A stretch of 63,683 nt of DNA, filler included, from Parasitella parasitica NRRL 2501 (lineage: Eukaryota; Fungi; Mucoromycota), in assembly GCA_025201805.1 (NCBI GenBank). It is 4 parts of 4 records of this genome, joined end to end, with 100 filler letters (N's around TTAATTAATTAA, not from the genome) between each part and the next. Parts side by side here need not be neighbours in the genome. Positions count along the whole stretch, not along the records: positions 8,068 to 34,737 come from MU619288.1; 3 more parts are not named here. One strand, 5' to 3'. The position numbers and the translations under genes are program-made. Position 1 is the first letter of the stretch, and the number at the start of each line of letters is the position of its first letter. Under the pieces are notes generated by a model. It was not told the origin of the DNA. It did not search any database and worked only from the letters and a program-made list of their open reading frames with translations. Shown piece by piece: positions 10,389 to 21,941 of the stretch.

Positions 10389-12213
10389 CTACAGCTGTTC
10401 ATTATCACACTCTTCATCATCTTCCTCAGTATTACCTTCTTCTTCATTACCTTTCTCTTCATTACCTTCCTCTTCCTCTTCATCTTCATCATCTTCATCA
10501 TCTTCATCATCTTCATCATCTTCATCATCTTCTTCATTAACAGTGACCCAGTTGGAATCAACTTCCAAGACAGACATGTCTGGCCATCGAACGGCTGTTG
10601 TCCAAGCGTCAGTCTTACATTTCGAGCTTTCACCCAAGATATTGCTGATTTTGTTTGTGTGTCTGCATGTCATATTACTGCTGATCTTGTCCTTCATTTC
10701 CAAGGCAGACTCCTATAAGAATATACAAACAATTAAGCTAGAGCGCAATATGAGCAACAACTATTACATACTATACCTTCACGTATGCAAGGGTATCAAT
10801 CAACTTCTCGATACCTCCTTCATTAATTGACTCCTTGGTGATTGGGTACGAGATAGTAGCAACTTGTGTCAAGGCATATTGCTTGGGCTTCACCAAAACT
10901 AAATGAAGTAAATGGCATTCAAATCCCATGATTTGCATGAAGGGGATTTGGAGGCTTGTTGGTTCAACTTGAAGACTCTGCATCAAGGAATTTAGGTGCA
11001 ACTTGGACACCAACACGAGCTTCAGCTTGTCCAAATAGTATTTTCCTGAAGTACATTCCTTTGCAAATTCAGTCATGGAATAATCAAAAGATGAGGAGGA
11101 TGCAGCAGAAATACGAAGGTCCATTTTTGACGCGATATTTGTTTTGCTCAGAGAGCCAGGGACAGTATCACCCCTAAGGCATATAGTTAGTACTTTTAAC
11201 CGAATTTCTACTCTACTCTCGCTTTACTAAATATGAAACTCACTTCTGCTTCATTCTATAGACTTTTCGAGAGGACTTACCACTTCAAATGTATATTGCT
11301 GTAGCCAAATATTTCCTCCAAAATATGGGCCCAGAACTTGAGCTTGAAATCTTCTTCAGAATAATTACTAATATTGGCATGAGAGAACAAGGAGTGCTTG
11401 TACAAATGCTGGTTCAAGCTTCAGTACAAATAAAAATGCAAAAAGCTGTGAGTAATTTGTTTGAATTTATCAGTTAAAAAGACATACATAAATCGAAAGA
11501 CTTCTTTCTGTGCACGCTCATTGCTGTTGTTGACTTTGACTTTTTCTATTCCATCAAGCTTGTTCTTTACAGAGCGAGAACTCTCCATGATATCAGTAAA
11601 TTTTTTGGCAACAGTGGCTTTTACAACAAATTCGGTCTGATCAAGCTCCTCAAGCTCGCTCTTGGCTTCAGTCGACAAGCTGATGTGCGAGTTCGAACTC
11701 ATATCAGACATGTCATATATATGGTTATTAGTGATCCTAGATAATATAGATTTAAGTATTGACTCTTTGGCAAAGCTTCGAAAACTACTTATTACCACTT
11801 AAAGTAATCAAATTTCTTGGATCCCCTCTTGTTTTTATTCTTGAAAGCTCTCAAGAGGTTTACTTTCTTCTTTAATAATCTCTGCTGCTTCTTTTTTAGT
11901 TTTCAAAAATGGTTAATACATAGCACAAATTTACATATATATGGAAAAAGCAGTTACCTGTCTTAAAAGCTAAATTATTAAAGAAAAGTTTAGAGACATC
12001 ACGGTTGCCATGCAACAACATTGCATCTTACCTCATTTTGTTGCTTAATTCTTTCTCTACGAACATTAATGTACAGCTGCTCTTCTTCATCAGCAAGATT
12101 TTCAAGAGCTCTAAGGCTTCTTCTGGACATTTGGAATAAACAGTAATATTAAGTGAGAAAATATAAACAGTGAGAAAGAAAGAGATAGAGATAAAAACTG
12201 CTGCGAGTTGCAT
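10389..12213 (-). CDS. Multi-exon protein with a putative PD-(D/E)XK (REase-like) core and an acidic tail; intactness uncertain
   Basis: Spliced core SEEDFKLKFWAHILEEIFG..HLKW|GDTV...KMDLRI...EFAK...YYLDKLKLVLVSKLHLN; introns at about 11174-11280 and 10713-10776; the 5' boundary is approximate. Confidence 0.55.
10476..10536. repeat. (CATCTTCAT)n coding microsatellite giving a (EDD)n acidic tract on the minus strand
   Basis: Visible 9-bp periodicity. Confidence 0.85.
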
Positions 12214-12576
12214 TTTGTTGATTTACACGCGTTTATGTATGACTGCCTATTTTTCTATATTTTACCGAAGTAGCTCATAGCAGCTCAAATCAATTATTAT
12301 AAATTATCCATATCCAAATTATAATTATCTCTTCAGTTTTTCTATTACTTTATACTTACGTACTTACTTACTTACTCACCTAATCAATATCATAAATAAC
12401 AAACTGGTATGATTAACTATCTTATTTTATACTTATAACTAACATGATGAACAGTTGTTTCTGTAATGAAGTACTTTTTTTAAACTCAAATATTACAGCG
12501 TACATTTTTAAATATAACTTTTTTTCGTTGGAAATATCATTAAGCTGTCATTGTCACAAAGTAACATTCAATCAAC

Positions 12577-13069
12577 ATGATAACCATCAAAGATCCTACT
12601 GTTAATTCCTTCGATTCTCTGTTCCCAGATAACGACGTAACAGAAAAATTGTTTGCACGCTATTCCGAAGAAAGAAAAAGATTACATTAGCTTTAATCTT
12701 GATATAGGATGTTCTTTAAAGATCATCAACAGCAAATGGCACAAGAAAGGAAGACATACTAAGGTTATCAACAAAGTATACCTTGGTTCTGTTTATTGTG
12801 CATCTTCTTCTTGCCAAATGAAAGGAGTTGATTTCCCTCCAAACACTACGGAGAATGCAATTGACAATCAAAAGTGTATCATTTTTGATTCGAAGATGAA
12901 GAGAAAGCTTTGCAATGTCAAAGTTAATTTCAAGTTTGGTGATGCTAAATGCATTATGGATCACAGGGGAGAACGCACTCACGGTGCTTGCCCACCTATC
13001 CATCTTACCGAGCACGAAAAAAAGGTACCGAAAAAAAAAAGTACAATAGAATATGGGATGTACAACTAA
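12577..13069 (+). pseudogene. GCM-like (WRKY-GCM1 superfamily) zinc-binding DNA-binding domain remnant, probably transposon-derived
   Basis: FPDN...(frameshift)...GCSLKIINSKW...KVYLGSVYCASSSC...PNTT..AI..QKC...CNVKVNF...CIMDHRGERTH follows the GCM pattern (WPDG, GWAMRNTNN, KSCLGV.C, RP, HDHP). Confidence 0.55.
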
Positions 13070-13140
13070 ATCTAAAAGAAATGTATAACTAAATTATCCG
13101 CCCTCAAGACTTAGCTAGTCCTTATACTGCGTTTATTTAT

Positions 13141-13343
13141 TTGTGGTCTATTTTCATACTGAGTGATCCATTTTCAAAACACTGATCCATTTTTGTCTTG
13201 GCGATCCATTTTCAAAATTTCGACTCATTTTCAAAATTATGACCCATTTTCATTGGCTGACCCATTTTCAGAATCAGTGACCCATTTCCATTTCGAATTG
13301 ACCAATCATTTTATTTATTGAGCCAACCTTTTTTCGTCGACTG
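13141..13343 (+). mobile_element. DNA transposon end: GA(C/T)CCATTTT subterminal repeats at about 19-bp spacing, terminus TTTCGTCGACTG|TA
   Basis: Repeats at about 13165, 13184, 13203, 13222, 13241, 13259 and 13279; the terminus matches the end at 57582. Confidence 0.75.
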
Positions 13344-14240
13344 TATTTCTGGTGTTTTCAGGGCACTTTTGATCACAAAAATCAATCAAAAAATGGCACA
13401 CAAAGCTCAAGTTCTTGCTTTTAAGCTGTAAAAAATATCTATCTGGAGATGATACCAAGTCAATATCAATTCCAGTACATAACACAGCTCTATAAAGCAA
13501 GTATTTTTGACGCGACAAGTATATCTTTCTTTATAGTAAAACGATAAAACAGGTGTGGCTCATCTTCCCTCAGAAACTTCTCAGCTTTTATCAGAATTAG
13601 GGGTTTTGTTATCAGAAACCCTAATATATATTATGACAAACACTGTGACATTTATCATTTACTTGAACTTTTTTTTCAGAAACCATAAAAAGATTGTAGA
13701 AAACGAAACACTGATGACTGGAATTAGTGAGCATTCTGCCAAATCTTTTGGTAAGTGTCCCAACAAGGAGAAACTGTAAAAAGATGACAGAACTAAAAAA
13801 AAAAAAAAAAGTGTATTTTTTTGGTTCATTCAACTTGTTTTTGATCAAAGGAAATGATAATAAAAATCATTGAATTGGGGGAGGAGAAAGATATTAATAA
13901 GGGAGAATATGCCATCAATGTACAATTCATAGGAGGAGTATCACAAACGTTCAAGAACAATGGATTGAATACTAGTTTCAATGCATTCTGGATGTGGAGA
14001 AACGATGCATACACCGTTAACAATCAACCCTACCAGAAGACTTCAGCAAGGCCTTTAACAACTACTAGTAATAAAGCAATGCCACCCTAAACCATCGTCT
14101 CACATCATATGAAAATTAAGGTAACGATTGTTGTCGCTAAACCGCTCTCTCATTGGCTAGAAAATAAAAAAGATCGGGTTCGTTGTCGATCACTTGTTTT
14201 TTTCCTTGTCGGCGACAATGGTCTTATACTTTTCTCACTG

Positions 14241-15590
14241 ATGGCAACAAATGACGATTTGATGCTTTTTACTCTGCCTCGCGTCAATGGGCCAGAGACT
14301 GATTTGATGAGTAAATACTTTTTACTAAACACTGATGTTATGAATATTATCGTCAAGGAAATAATTAGTAAGTTTTATGCTCAAACTTTATTATGACATA
14401 TAACGATTTCTGATTCTTTCTTTTGGTTTAGGACCAAATGCAGTCGACGAATATTTTCCTCAGCCAACTGAATGAGCAAATGCAAAAAAAATTGGATGTT
14501 TTGTATGCTTCAAACAACACGAACTCCTTTCCACCCATTCTGATTGAAGTACAGTACAACGCGGATGATAATTTTTTGCATCGGCTTGTGCAATATTGTG
14601 AGGAAGTTGTCGGTTTTCGCCCATTAACTGAAGGTTGAATCTCATCTCAATTCCAATACCGTATTGACGCTGAATTGTATAAAGACTTTTAGAAACCAGG
14701 ACCAGAGTAATCCTGGCTTCCTTTTCAATCTTTAATAAAGACCTTACGTTCTCCGTGATATAATCGCTTGTAGTCTCTTTATTTAATTGTCTTTGGAAAT
14801 AATCATTATTCATATAACTCTCAGAAGCGACCAAACAATATTCTAGCGAACCATTTGTCCTTGTTTTCGTAATCAACAAAATCAGGGATAGCGTAATGAG
14901 TAAAACCACAAAGGACCGCAAACAAAAATTCTTACTCAAATTGCCAAGTTATCCATGGGTTAAAAAAATGTTTATTGCTCAATGATTATTCCATTCACGA
15001 CCATTTGAATACCATACCCTTACATCCACTGGTTGCTCTAGGTGCATTTTTAACTGTTCAAAAGGTATCCATTCTTGATCACGATCAACGAGACGATCCA
15101 ATTATCCAGCAGTTGTATGGCATATCCAAACACGTTTTTGAACATGTGGCCACCCGTGAAAAAACGACAGTTGATGATCTTTTGGGATTGTGTGATAATA
15201 CTCAATCGAAATTCCAAAAAGGCAAAGAAATTCTTGAAGATTTACCAAACAACAACTTGAAAAAGCGTGCTATTGACTGCCTGAATGATGGTTTAAATAT
15301 TATAAAATCATACAAGGTCAAATATATGTCTGACCAATCGTCATCTTTGACAGGCTCCTCTCCAGCAGGCTCCTCTCCAGCACTAATACCCGCAACTCCA
15401 TCATCATCATTACCAATACTGTCAACACTGACAGATTCATCCACGTCAACGATTACAAAAAAGACTACACGGACTCCGGCATCATCATCATCCGAAAATT
15501 GGCGATTACATACGAAACCTTGGAAGTAACAAAATGAATTGGAAAGCTTGCTATTTAAAAGGGCAATCTCAAAAATGCTTATCAACATTT
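14241..15590 (+). pseudogene. PD-(D/E)XK nuclease-like gene (Rpn/PDDEXK_2-like motifs), disrupted by a solo LTR and frameshifts
   Basis: KLDVLYAS...PPILIEVQY...FLHRLVQYCEE|ATKQYSSEPFVLVFVIN...PLHPLVALGAFL. Confidence 0.6.
14608..14823 (+). mobile_element. Solo LTR, 216 bp
   Basis: TG...CA termini, 5-bp flanks GAAGT/GAAGC, internal TATAAA and AATAAA; removing it restores the host reading frame (QYCEE-ATKQY). Confidence 0.75.
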
Positions 15591-15624
15591 GAAGACCAAC
15601 AATGATGAAATGGAAGGATAATGT

Positions 15625-16040
15625 GGATTAAAAAAGATAATAAAAACCAAATGTTAACGAGATACAAAAACTTAAAGATACTTTATTTAAGATCGAAATT
15701 GCAACGGCTATTTATACTTTTTACAGCTACATCAATTTATGGTGACTTATTTAGATTATTGATTGACAAGACTAATTCACAGTGACAATCTACTTGACAG
15801 GGTACGATATGAGGTTATACAACAAGGGCTACACGTCTTTGATCTGACAGTGCCTTAACCTTTATCCTGGTGCTCAGATCTGTGTTACTTGTTGCAGGAA
15901 TAACCTTCTTGATTTGAAACAGAGACTTTATTCTCCAATTTACACAAGCGTATCGCATCACATCACTGGACAATCTTCAATCTTCAATCTTCAATTGAAG
16001 TACATTACCATGATCTACTGTCTATAGTTATGGCAGATCA
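15625..16040 (+). repeat. Dispersed repeat of about 400 bp (unclassified TE/LTR-like)
   Basis: Diverged inverted copy at about 35275-35771; 3' part also at 1-56. Confidence 0.7.
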
Positions 16041-16567
16041 GATAAGTAGTTTTTTTTTCTTAGTTTTATTATTATTATTATTGATGATTCGATTGATTTT
16101 GGATTATGATTTGATCAGCATTATTGAAAAACCCCTTGAAATTAAATTCTATGATATCAGTGTTTAACAATATGTTTGCTTATTATTTTGATTCTTGGAT
16201 GTTAGGTATGGGGTAAAATAAAAAGAAGTTGATCTGGTCAAATATCTTGGGACAGACTGCAATTTTTTTTTTGAGAAGGAGGGGGATGGAGATGGAGATA
16301 TTATGGTATAATAAAGAAATAAGGAAATGAACAGGGAATAAAAAAAAAAAAAGATAGGGTGTATAAGGAGAAGAGCATGAGATGATAGGAGAAACGAATT
16401 ATTATGCGGATGTATGACTATTGGGACAAGGTGTAAAGTCCAATGTTGTGTGTCTAGGTATCATAAACGTGTAGCACCTAAAAATTGGAAAGAAAAATTC
16501 AAGTATAGAGCTTCGCGTCAAGTTTTCGCTGCCTGAAAATAGGTTTTGCGTTGGCAGTGAGCTTGTT

Positions 16568-18217
16568 TTGCGCTGGACGCCGGCTCCCAGACAATCTAGT
16601 CCAGGCATCGATTCCCTCCCTTGCAGCATCATACATTTACTTTTATCGCACCCTGCTACAGCAACCCTTGCGGTAAGTGTGTTCAATACTGCTCTTGAGT
16701 CAGGTATCTATCCCGCCTCTTGGCAGGAGACTTGTCTGATACTGCTACCCAAGAAAGGTGATCTTTCGCTACTCCAGAATTGGCGACCCATTAGTTTGAT
16801 TTGTTGTGATGCCAAGATCTTCACTAGGTTATTAAATGCTCGTCTCATGCCACATTTTGGTAAGATCATCTCTTCAACTCAATCTGGCTTCATGCCTCAT
16901 AGATTCATTGGGGATCCAGCTATGACACTACACTTTGCCCAAGCATTGGCCACTTCTACAGGCTCTGATGCTATTGCTTTATATTGTTGGATCAAGAGAA
17001 GGCATATGACCGGGTCAATTTTGAGTATTTGTCTGCTGTCTTCCGCGTTTTCAATATGCCTCAGAGGCTCACCACCTCTTTACTAACCCTTTTCTCGTCC
17101 ACGTTTGTCAGGGTCAATGTCAATGTCTTCCTGTGGCCTTCTTTTCGAACTGAACGGGAAATGCGACAAGGTGACCCAATTAGCCCTTTATTCTTCAATA
17201 TCATGTTCAATCCTTTCCTCCGCGCCATCAATACTCAACCCCAGATCACCGGATTTGACTTCAACTTCATTGCCTCTCATGGTTTAGCCTCTGCATTCCG
17301 TCATCCAGTGGAAGTCCTGGTTCGATATTCTGGTGTGCTGCGTCTCACAGGTGCGGATGTCCTGGTTTTTTTTATCAAGACTCCCAATCTCTTCAACTAA
17401 GCGCTTCTGTTTCCGGCCTCGCTCACCCTGTTTCTTGTCGACGAGCTATTCAACTACTTCAGTCTCACCAACTTTTATTCTCTAACTTTGCTGTGTACAA
17501 TATGATACCATATGTACCTCGTCCGTTTCTCAAAAACATCGCCACCACTTACGAATCCAGCCCTCATCAACTACATTTCTTGTTTATCTCGGCGCTTTCT
17601 ACTCAATTTGACTTTACCCCACATTCATTTATCATCTCTGCTCCTACTAACAAAAGTTACAAATTTCTCCCATTAACTCATATATATAACTCGTCTCTTA
17701 TATCTACGTAACCTGCCGGATCATGGAAACAGTTCTAGCCTCTCCAAATACCGTTGGATGCTCGTAATACGGTACTTGGTTTCGTATAATTCATGAAAAA
17801 GTGACAACCCGGCGTAAACTACACCACTATCTACCAGATGACTTTACTCTGTTCTGTCCGCACTGTCAATCTGCCATCTCATCTACCACCGAACACTCTC
17901 TCTTCCCGTGTCCTTTAAAATTCATCGTATGGCGTAAGGCTCTTTCTTACTACATCTCACCTCATTTCACACATTTTGCCTATGAAGAATACATTTCCAG
18001 CCTCCACCTGCAACTGTCTCATGACCGCTCTTCTCACTCGCTTTTTCCTGAATTATTCGTTTATCAAGTCTTTGCCTGCATTCAACAGTCTATTTGGTCT
18101 GCCCCCTACTGTCAAGTTTTCCAGCAAGTTCCGTTTAGCTCTGATTGTGTGTTATTATCTATCCACCGTATCATCTTCATTTTATCCTCACCACTTTCTC
18201 TTGATTCTGTCAATTAA
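16568..18217 (+). mobile_element. Degenerate L1-like LINE (RT plus zf-RVT), frameshifted and internally deleted
   Basis: SPGIDSLP, LLPKKGDL..LQNWRPISL, QSGF, LDQEKAYDRV, RQGDPISP; later CPHC..TTEHSLFPC. Confidence 0.9.
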
Positions 18218-18785
18218 CCTTTCATGTTACTCCATCAAACGTTTTGATGGCTGCCTTAATAAGTAATTTATTCATGCGACATGTTTCTTTACGATAAGTG
18301 CGCCATTGTTTTGGCCAAATACTTTTTTTTTTTTTTTTTTTTNNNNNNNNNNNNNNNNNNNNNNNNNGCAACTGCCAATATCCACCAGCCTGACTCAGTA
18401 CACACATGCATTGTTCGACTTGCATCCGTCATCTGGAAAGATGCAACAACCAGCTGTATTCGAGATACATTAAACACTGGGAAAAGACCGGTCTACATGG
18501 CGAAATCCTTTGCGTTGAGAGCCACAATGGCATTTTGCTGCCATGAAAATGAAATGTTTGCTGCCATGTCGGGTGCAACCAACAGAGCAAAATTTGGTCT
18601 CAAGAAAGGGAACGTAAATACCTACATGAAAAAGGATCAACGCACATAAATTGGACGAAGCTCGTACCACTCGATTTTTTTCATTATTTCAGATGCAGCT
18701 TTTGTATTTCAGTTTGTTTACTTGTTTTCTTCTTTCAACACATACATAGACTATACAAAAAATTCCCCTATCAACGCTTTTCCAA

Positions 18786-21319
18786 ATGACAATGAAACAT
18801 AACCATGAAAACAACGATAGCTATGAAGACATATCAGGAACTTTATCAACGACGCATATAAACGACGACAAGCAGAGCCTTGCAGCAGACAAGCTGTTGG
18901 ATGAACTTGGGCTGCCTCCACATCAGCAGAGTCTCTATATAAACAGCGCAAATTCACACAGCCAAAACACATATGATCAGTTTTTCGAAGAGGTTTCGCT
19001 CGATCTGCCCAGGGACTCGAAGCAGGAAGCAGAGCCCTCTCGACTCTTGAAATTCATGCCTCGTCGCGGAGGAAATACGATAGCTATCAGCAACAACAGC
19101 AACAACAACAACAACAACAACAACAGCAACACTACCACCGCCACCTCAAAGCCTTCAGACGGCGCAATCAGTCCTTCTGATATTTCAGGTCCATTTTATT
19201 CTATATCTGATGTGCTGGACGACTCGGTGTCTCCAACAGCAACTGCTGCTGCTATTGCTGCTGCTACAGCGTCGATTGCCAGCGGAAACGACAATGGCTA
19301 CGAGTCTGTAGACATGTCGCAAGTAAATCCAAGAGCAGCGAGACGCAATGTCAATGAAGCAGAGGTGATTGTTACGTCAGGAGGCGCTTCTATTCCAACG
19401 AAAAAAAAGTCGACGTAAAGTATATGTGTAGCACAAGCTGCTTGATGCCTTGTATTCACCATTATTCACCATTGCCACCTAGGTTGAATCCCTTCAAACG
19501 ATCCAAATCAACAAACCAGAAACCCTCGCCGCTAGAAACCGTCGTCTCTAAAACACGCCCAAGGTTTTGTTTTTCTGTTTTTGTTTTTTTTTACTAAACG
19601 CAAAATGCAATGCCAACGTAGGATGCTAACCACCATGACTCTAGAATGCTGCCGCCCAAAAACCCTCAGGAAGAAAAGAAGCACCTGCAGGAATACGAGT
19701 CCATGATGAAGCAGGCCAAAAAGCTGCAAGCCAAGAAGCAGCGGGACTCTGATCGCAAACGAGAGGAAAAGGACAAGAAAGTGAGCTATGCTATACACAC
19801 CTGGGAGAACGACATTATCCCCCACTGGAAGTCTCGTGTGAAGGACAAGCGCACGCTGGTGCTGTGGGACCAAGGCATCCCTCCTCGCTGCAGAAAGAAG
19901 GTATGGCGTCTCAAGATCGGCAACCAGCTCAACATCACAAAGAGTACCTTTAGTGAATGCACACGGCGTGTGCCTCAGGCAGTTCGCAATACTAAAAGCA
20001 CCAACGATTCGCATGGCGCTGCTGTCCCTATTGTCACTGCTTCGAACCACTCCACATACGATCCCTTGGCGGAAATAGAGCAGCAGGTATACGTGCGTAG
20101 TAGGCAGCGAAGGACCAGCAGCCTGAACGTGCTGAGGGAGAGAGACGACGATCAAGAGGACAACGCTGACGATGAGCATGACGATGACGGTGCTGCGTTT
20201 TCAAATTTCACTAATATGCCCGAACATGCTTCGTCGACAAACTCTTTTACTAGCAACGAGGATAACTTTGATCGCTGCAGCCAGAGCGAGGGAGGCAGAA
20301 GTGCATTCGACTTGGGGTCGCACCATGAGGATGACAACATTGGCCTGGAAGATGATGACGACCAGGGCGATACCAGCGACCAGGACGATGAGCCTGATGA
20401 CGACGACCTTGATGATGATGACAAAGTGTTGAAGGATCCTGCAGCAATCAGTTTTTTGAACAAGGCTATTGACGAGGACATTTTGCGTACACTGCCTAGT
20501 TTGTGTGTGTTTCAAGCAAGTATCGAAAGCGGGAAACTGCCATGACAGATAGCTAATATACGTACACATTTAGCCTGATGGGCCGCTCTTCATGTCGCTT
20601 CGAAAAGTGCTTCATGCATTTGTGGGCTACAGACCGAACATGACATATGTAAGTGTTAGACTCATTTAATCTGTACTCATGCGACCCTAACAAAACTCCA
20701 AACCATCCCTCCTCTCCAGTCAAGAGGCACTTCTTTTCTGGCAGGCGTCTTGCTACTCAACATGAATGCCCAGGACACATTTACAGCCCTAATCAACCTG
20801 ATCAGCGGAAGCCAAGTGTTGTCAGCGCTGTACAATTCTGACGAGAAAAAGATCCAAGGATTCTTTAAAGTATTCAACGTCATCTTTGCAGAAAACTTGC
20901 CCAAACTATACCTCCACTTTAAGAACCTGACACTGACGCCCGAGAATTATCTGCCAGACTGGTTCATGACCATATTTGCATCCATCATCCCGTTGGAACT
21001 GTCGTCTCGCTTATGGGACATTTATTTGCTGCATGGAGATATCATTTTGTTCCGCACCGGTCTGGCCGTGCTAAAGTACCTCGAGCCGTTGCTGTGGGGC
21101 AGTGGGTTTGGCGAAACAGTGAGAATATTGAACATGGGGTTCATAGGAGAACACCGTGGCGAGGAGGTCAAGGCTGCTCTGGCCGTCAGCGGTCATATAA
21201 CTGAAGGAGACGAAGACCCCTTCTTTGATGAAATACTAGGTCGTAAAGGCGTACATTTAGATAAAACTAGATTTAAAGAACTGCTGGGTGCTCATATGCC
21301 TCGCACTACTCGACAATAA
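18786..21319 (+). CDS. TBC-domain Rab GTPase-activating protein (TBC1D12/14-like), multi-exon
   Basis: KTRPR|MLPPKNPQEEKKHLQEYESMM, LWDQGIPPRCRKKVW, IDEDILRTLP, YLPDWFMTIF..LSSRLWDIYLLHGDIILFR; includes a GC-AG intron at 20516-20573. Confidence 0.85.
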
Positions 21320-21393
21320 AACACGGCTAGCGTTATGCGACATGTCAAATATCCACATGTGTTGTGTTATATATTTTATTATTCATCAGTGTA

Positions 21394-21908
21394 CTAGGGC
21401 GCTTCCATCTTGAATACCCATAGCAAATGCTCTTGATCCATTACATGGTCAGGCACATGGATGATTAACCTGTCATTGCTCGTCATTCGCCATTTCAAAC
21501 GCTCCTGCTTGGAAGACGACAGCAGTGATATCGTTCCGTCAGGATGCAGCGGCACTTTAGTTTTGACAATGACACAGCGAGCAAGAGGGGGCTGGAAGCT
21601 AAAGACATAAAATGACTTGCCGTTTTTAGCCTGCGTAAAGTACAATGGCTGTCCTGGTTCATGCAAATCACTGCTAGCGACCCAGTAAGGCACACTGTCA
21701 AAAATGCTTTCGTCCACCCTGTCGAGCCATTGGCCAATCTCGTCCAACGTCTTTCTCATGATGTGTGGAATGTGTCCAGATGCCTCGGGTCCAATGTTCA
21801 ATAGAAAGTTGCCTCCTTTTGCCACAACAGAGACGAGTTCTTGCAGCAAAGACTCGGTGGAGGCGTACTGATCAGGCCTAGTTTGATGGTTGAAACTTTG
21901 ATAGCGTC

Positions 21909-21941
<33 letters not shown>

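Noticed and set aside
10355-10718. His-rich, Phe/Ile-rich and Met/Lys-rich ORFs
   Set aside because: Alternative frames of the acidic-tract microsatellite.
13095-13104. TATCCGCCCT match to the 51-bp unit
   Set aside because: A single 10-bp match that could be chance.
18368-18670. Short Cys-containing ORFs (vaguely WSC-like)
   Set aside because: No coherent gene model; adjacent to a gap.
19532-20569. Antisense ORFs over the TBC gene (similar ones over FBA1 and FAB1)
   Set aside because: Shadow frames of real coding sequence.
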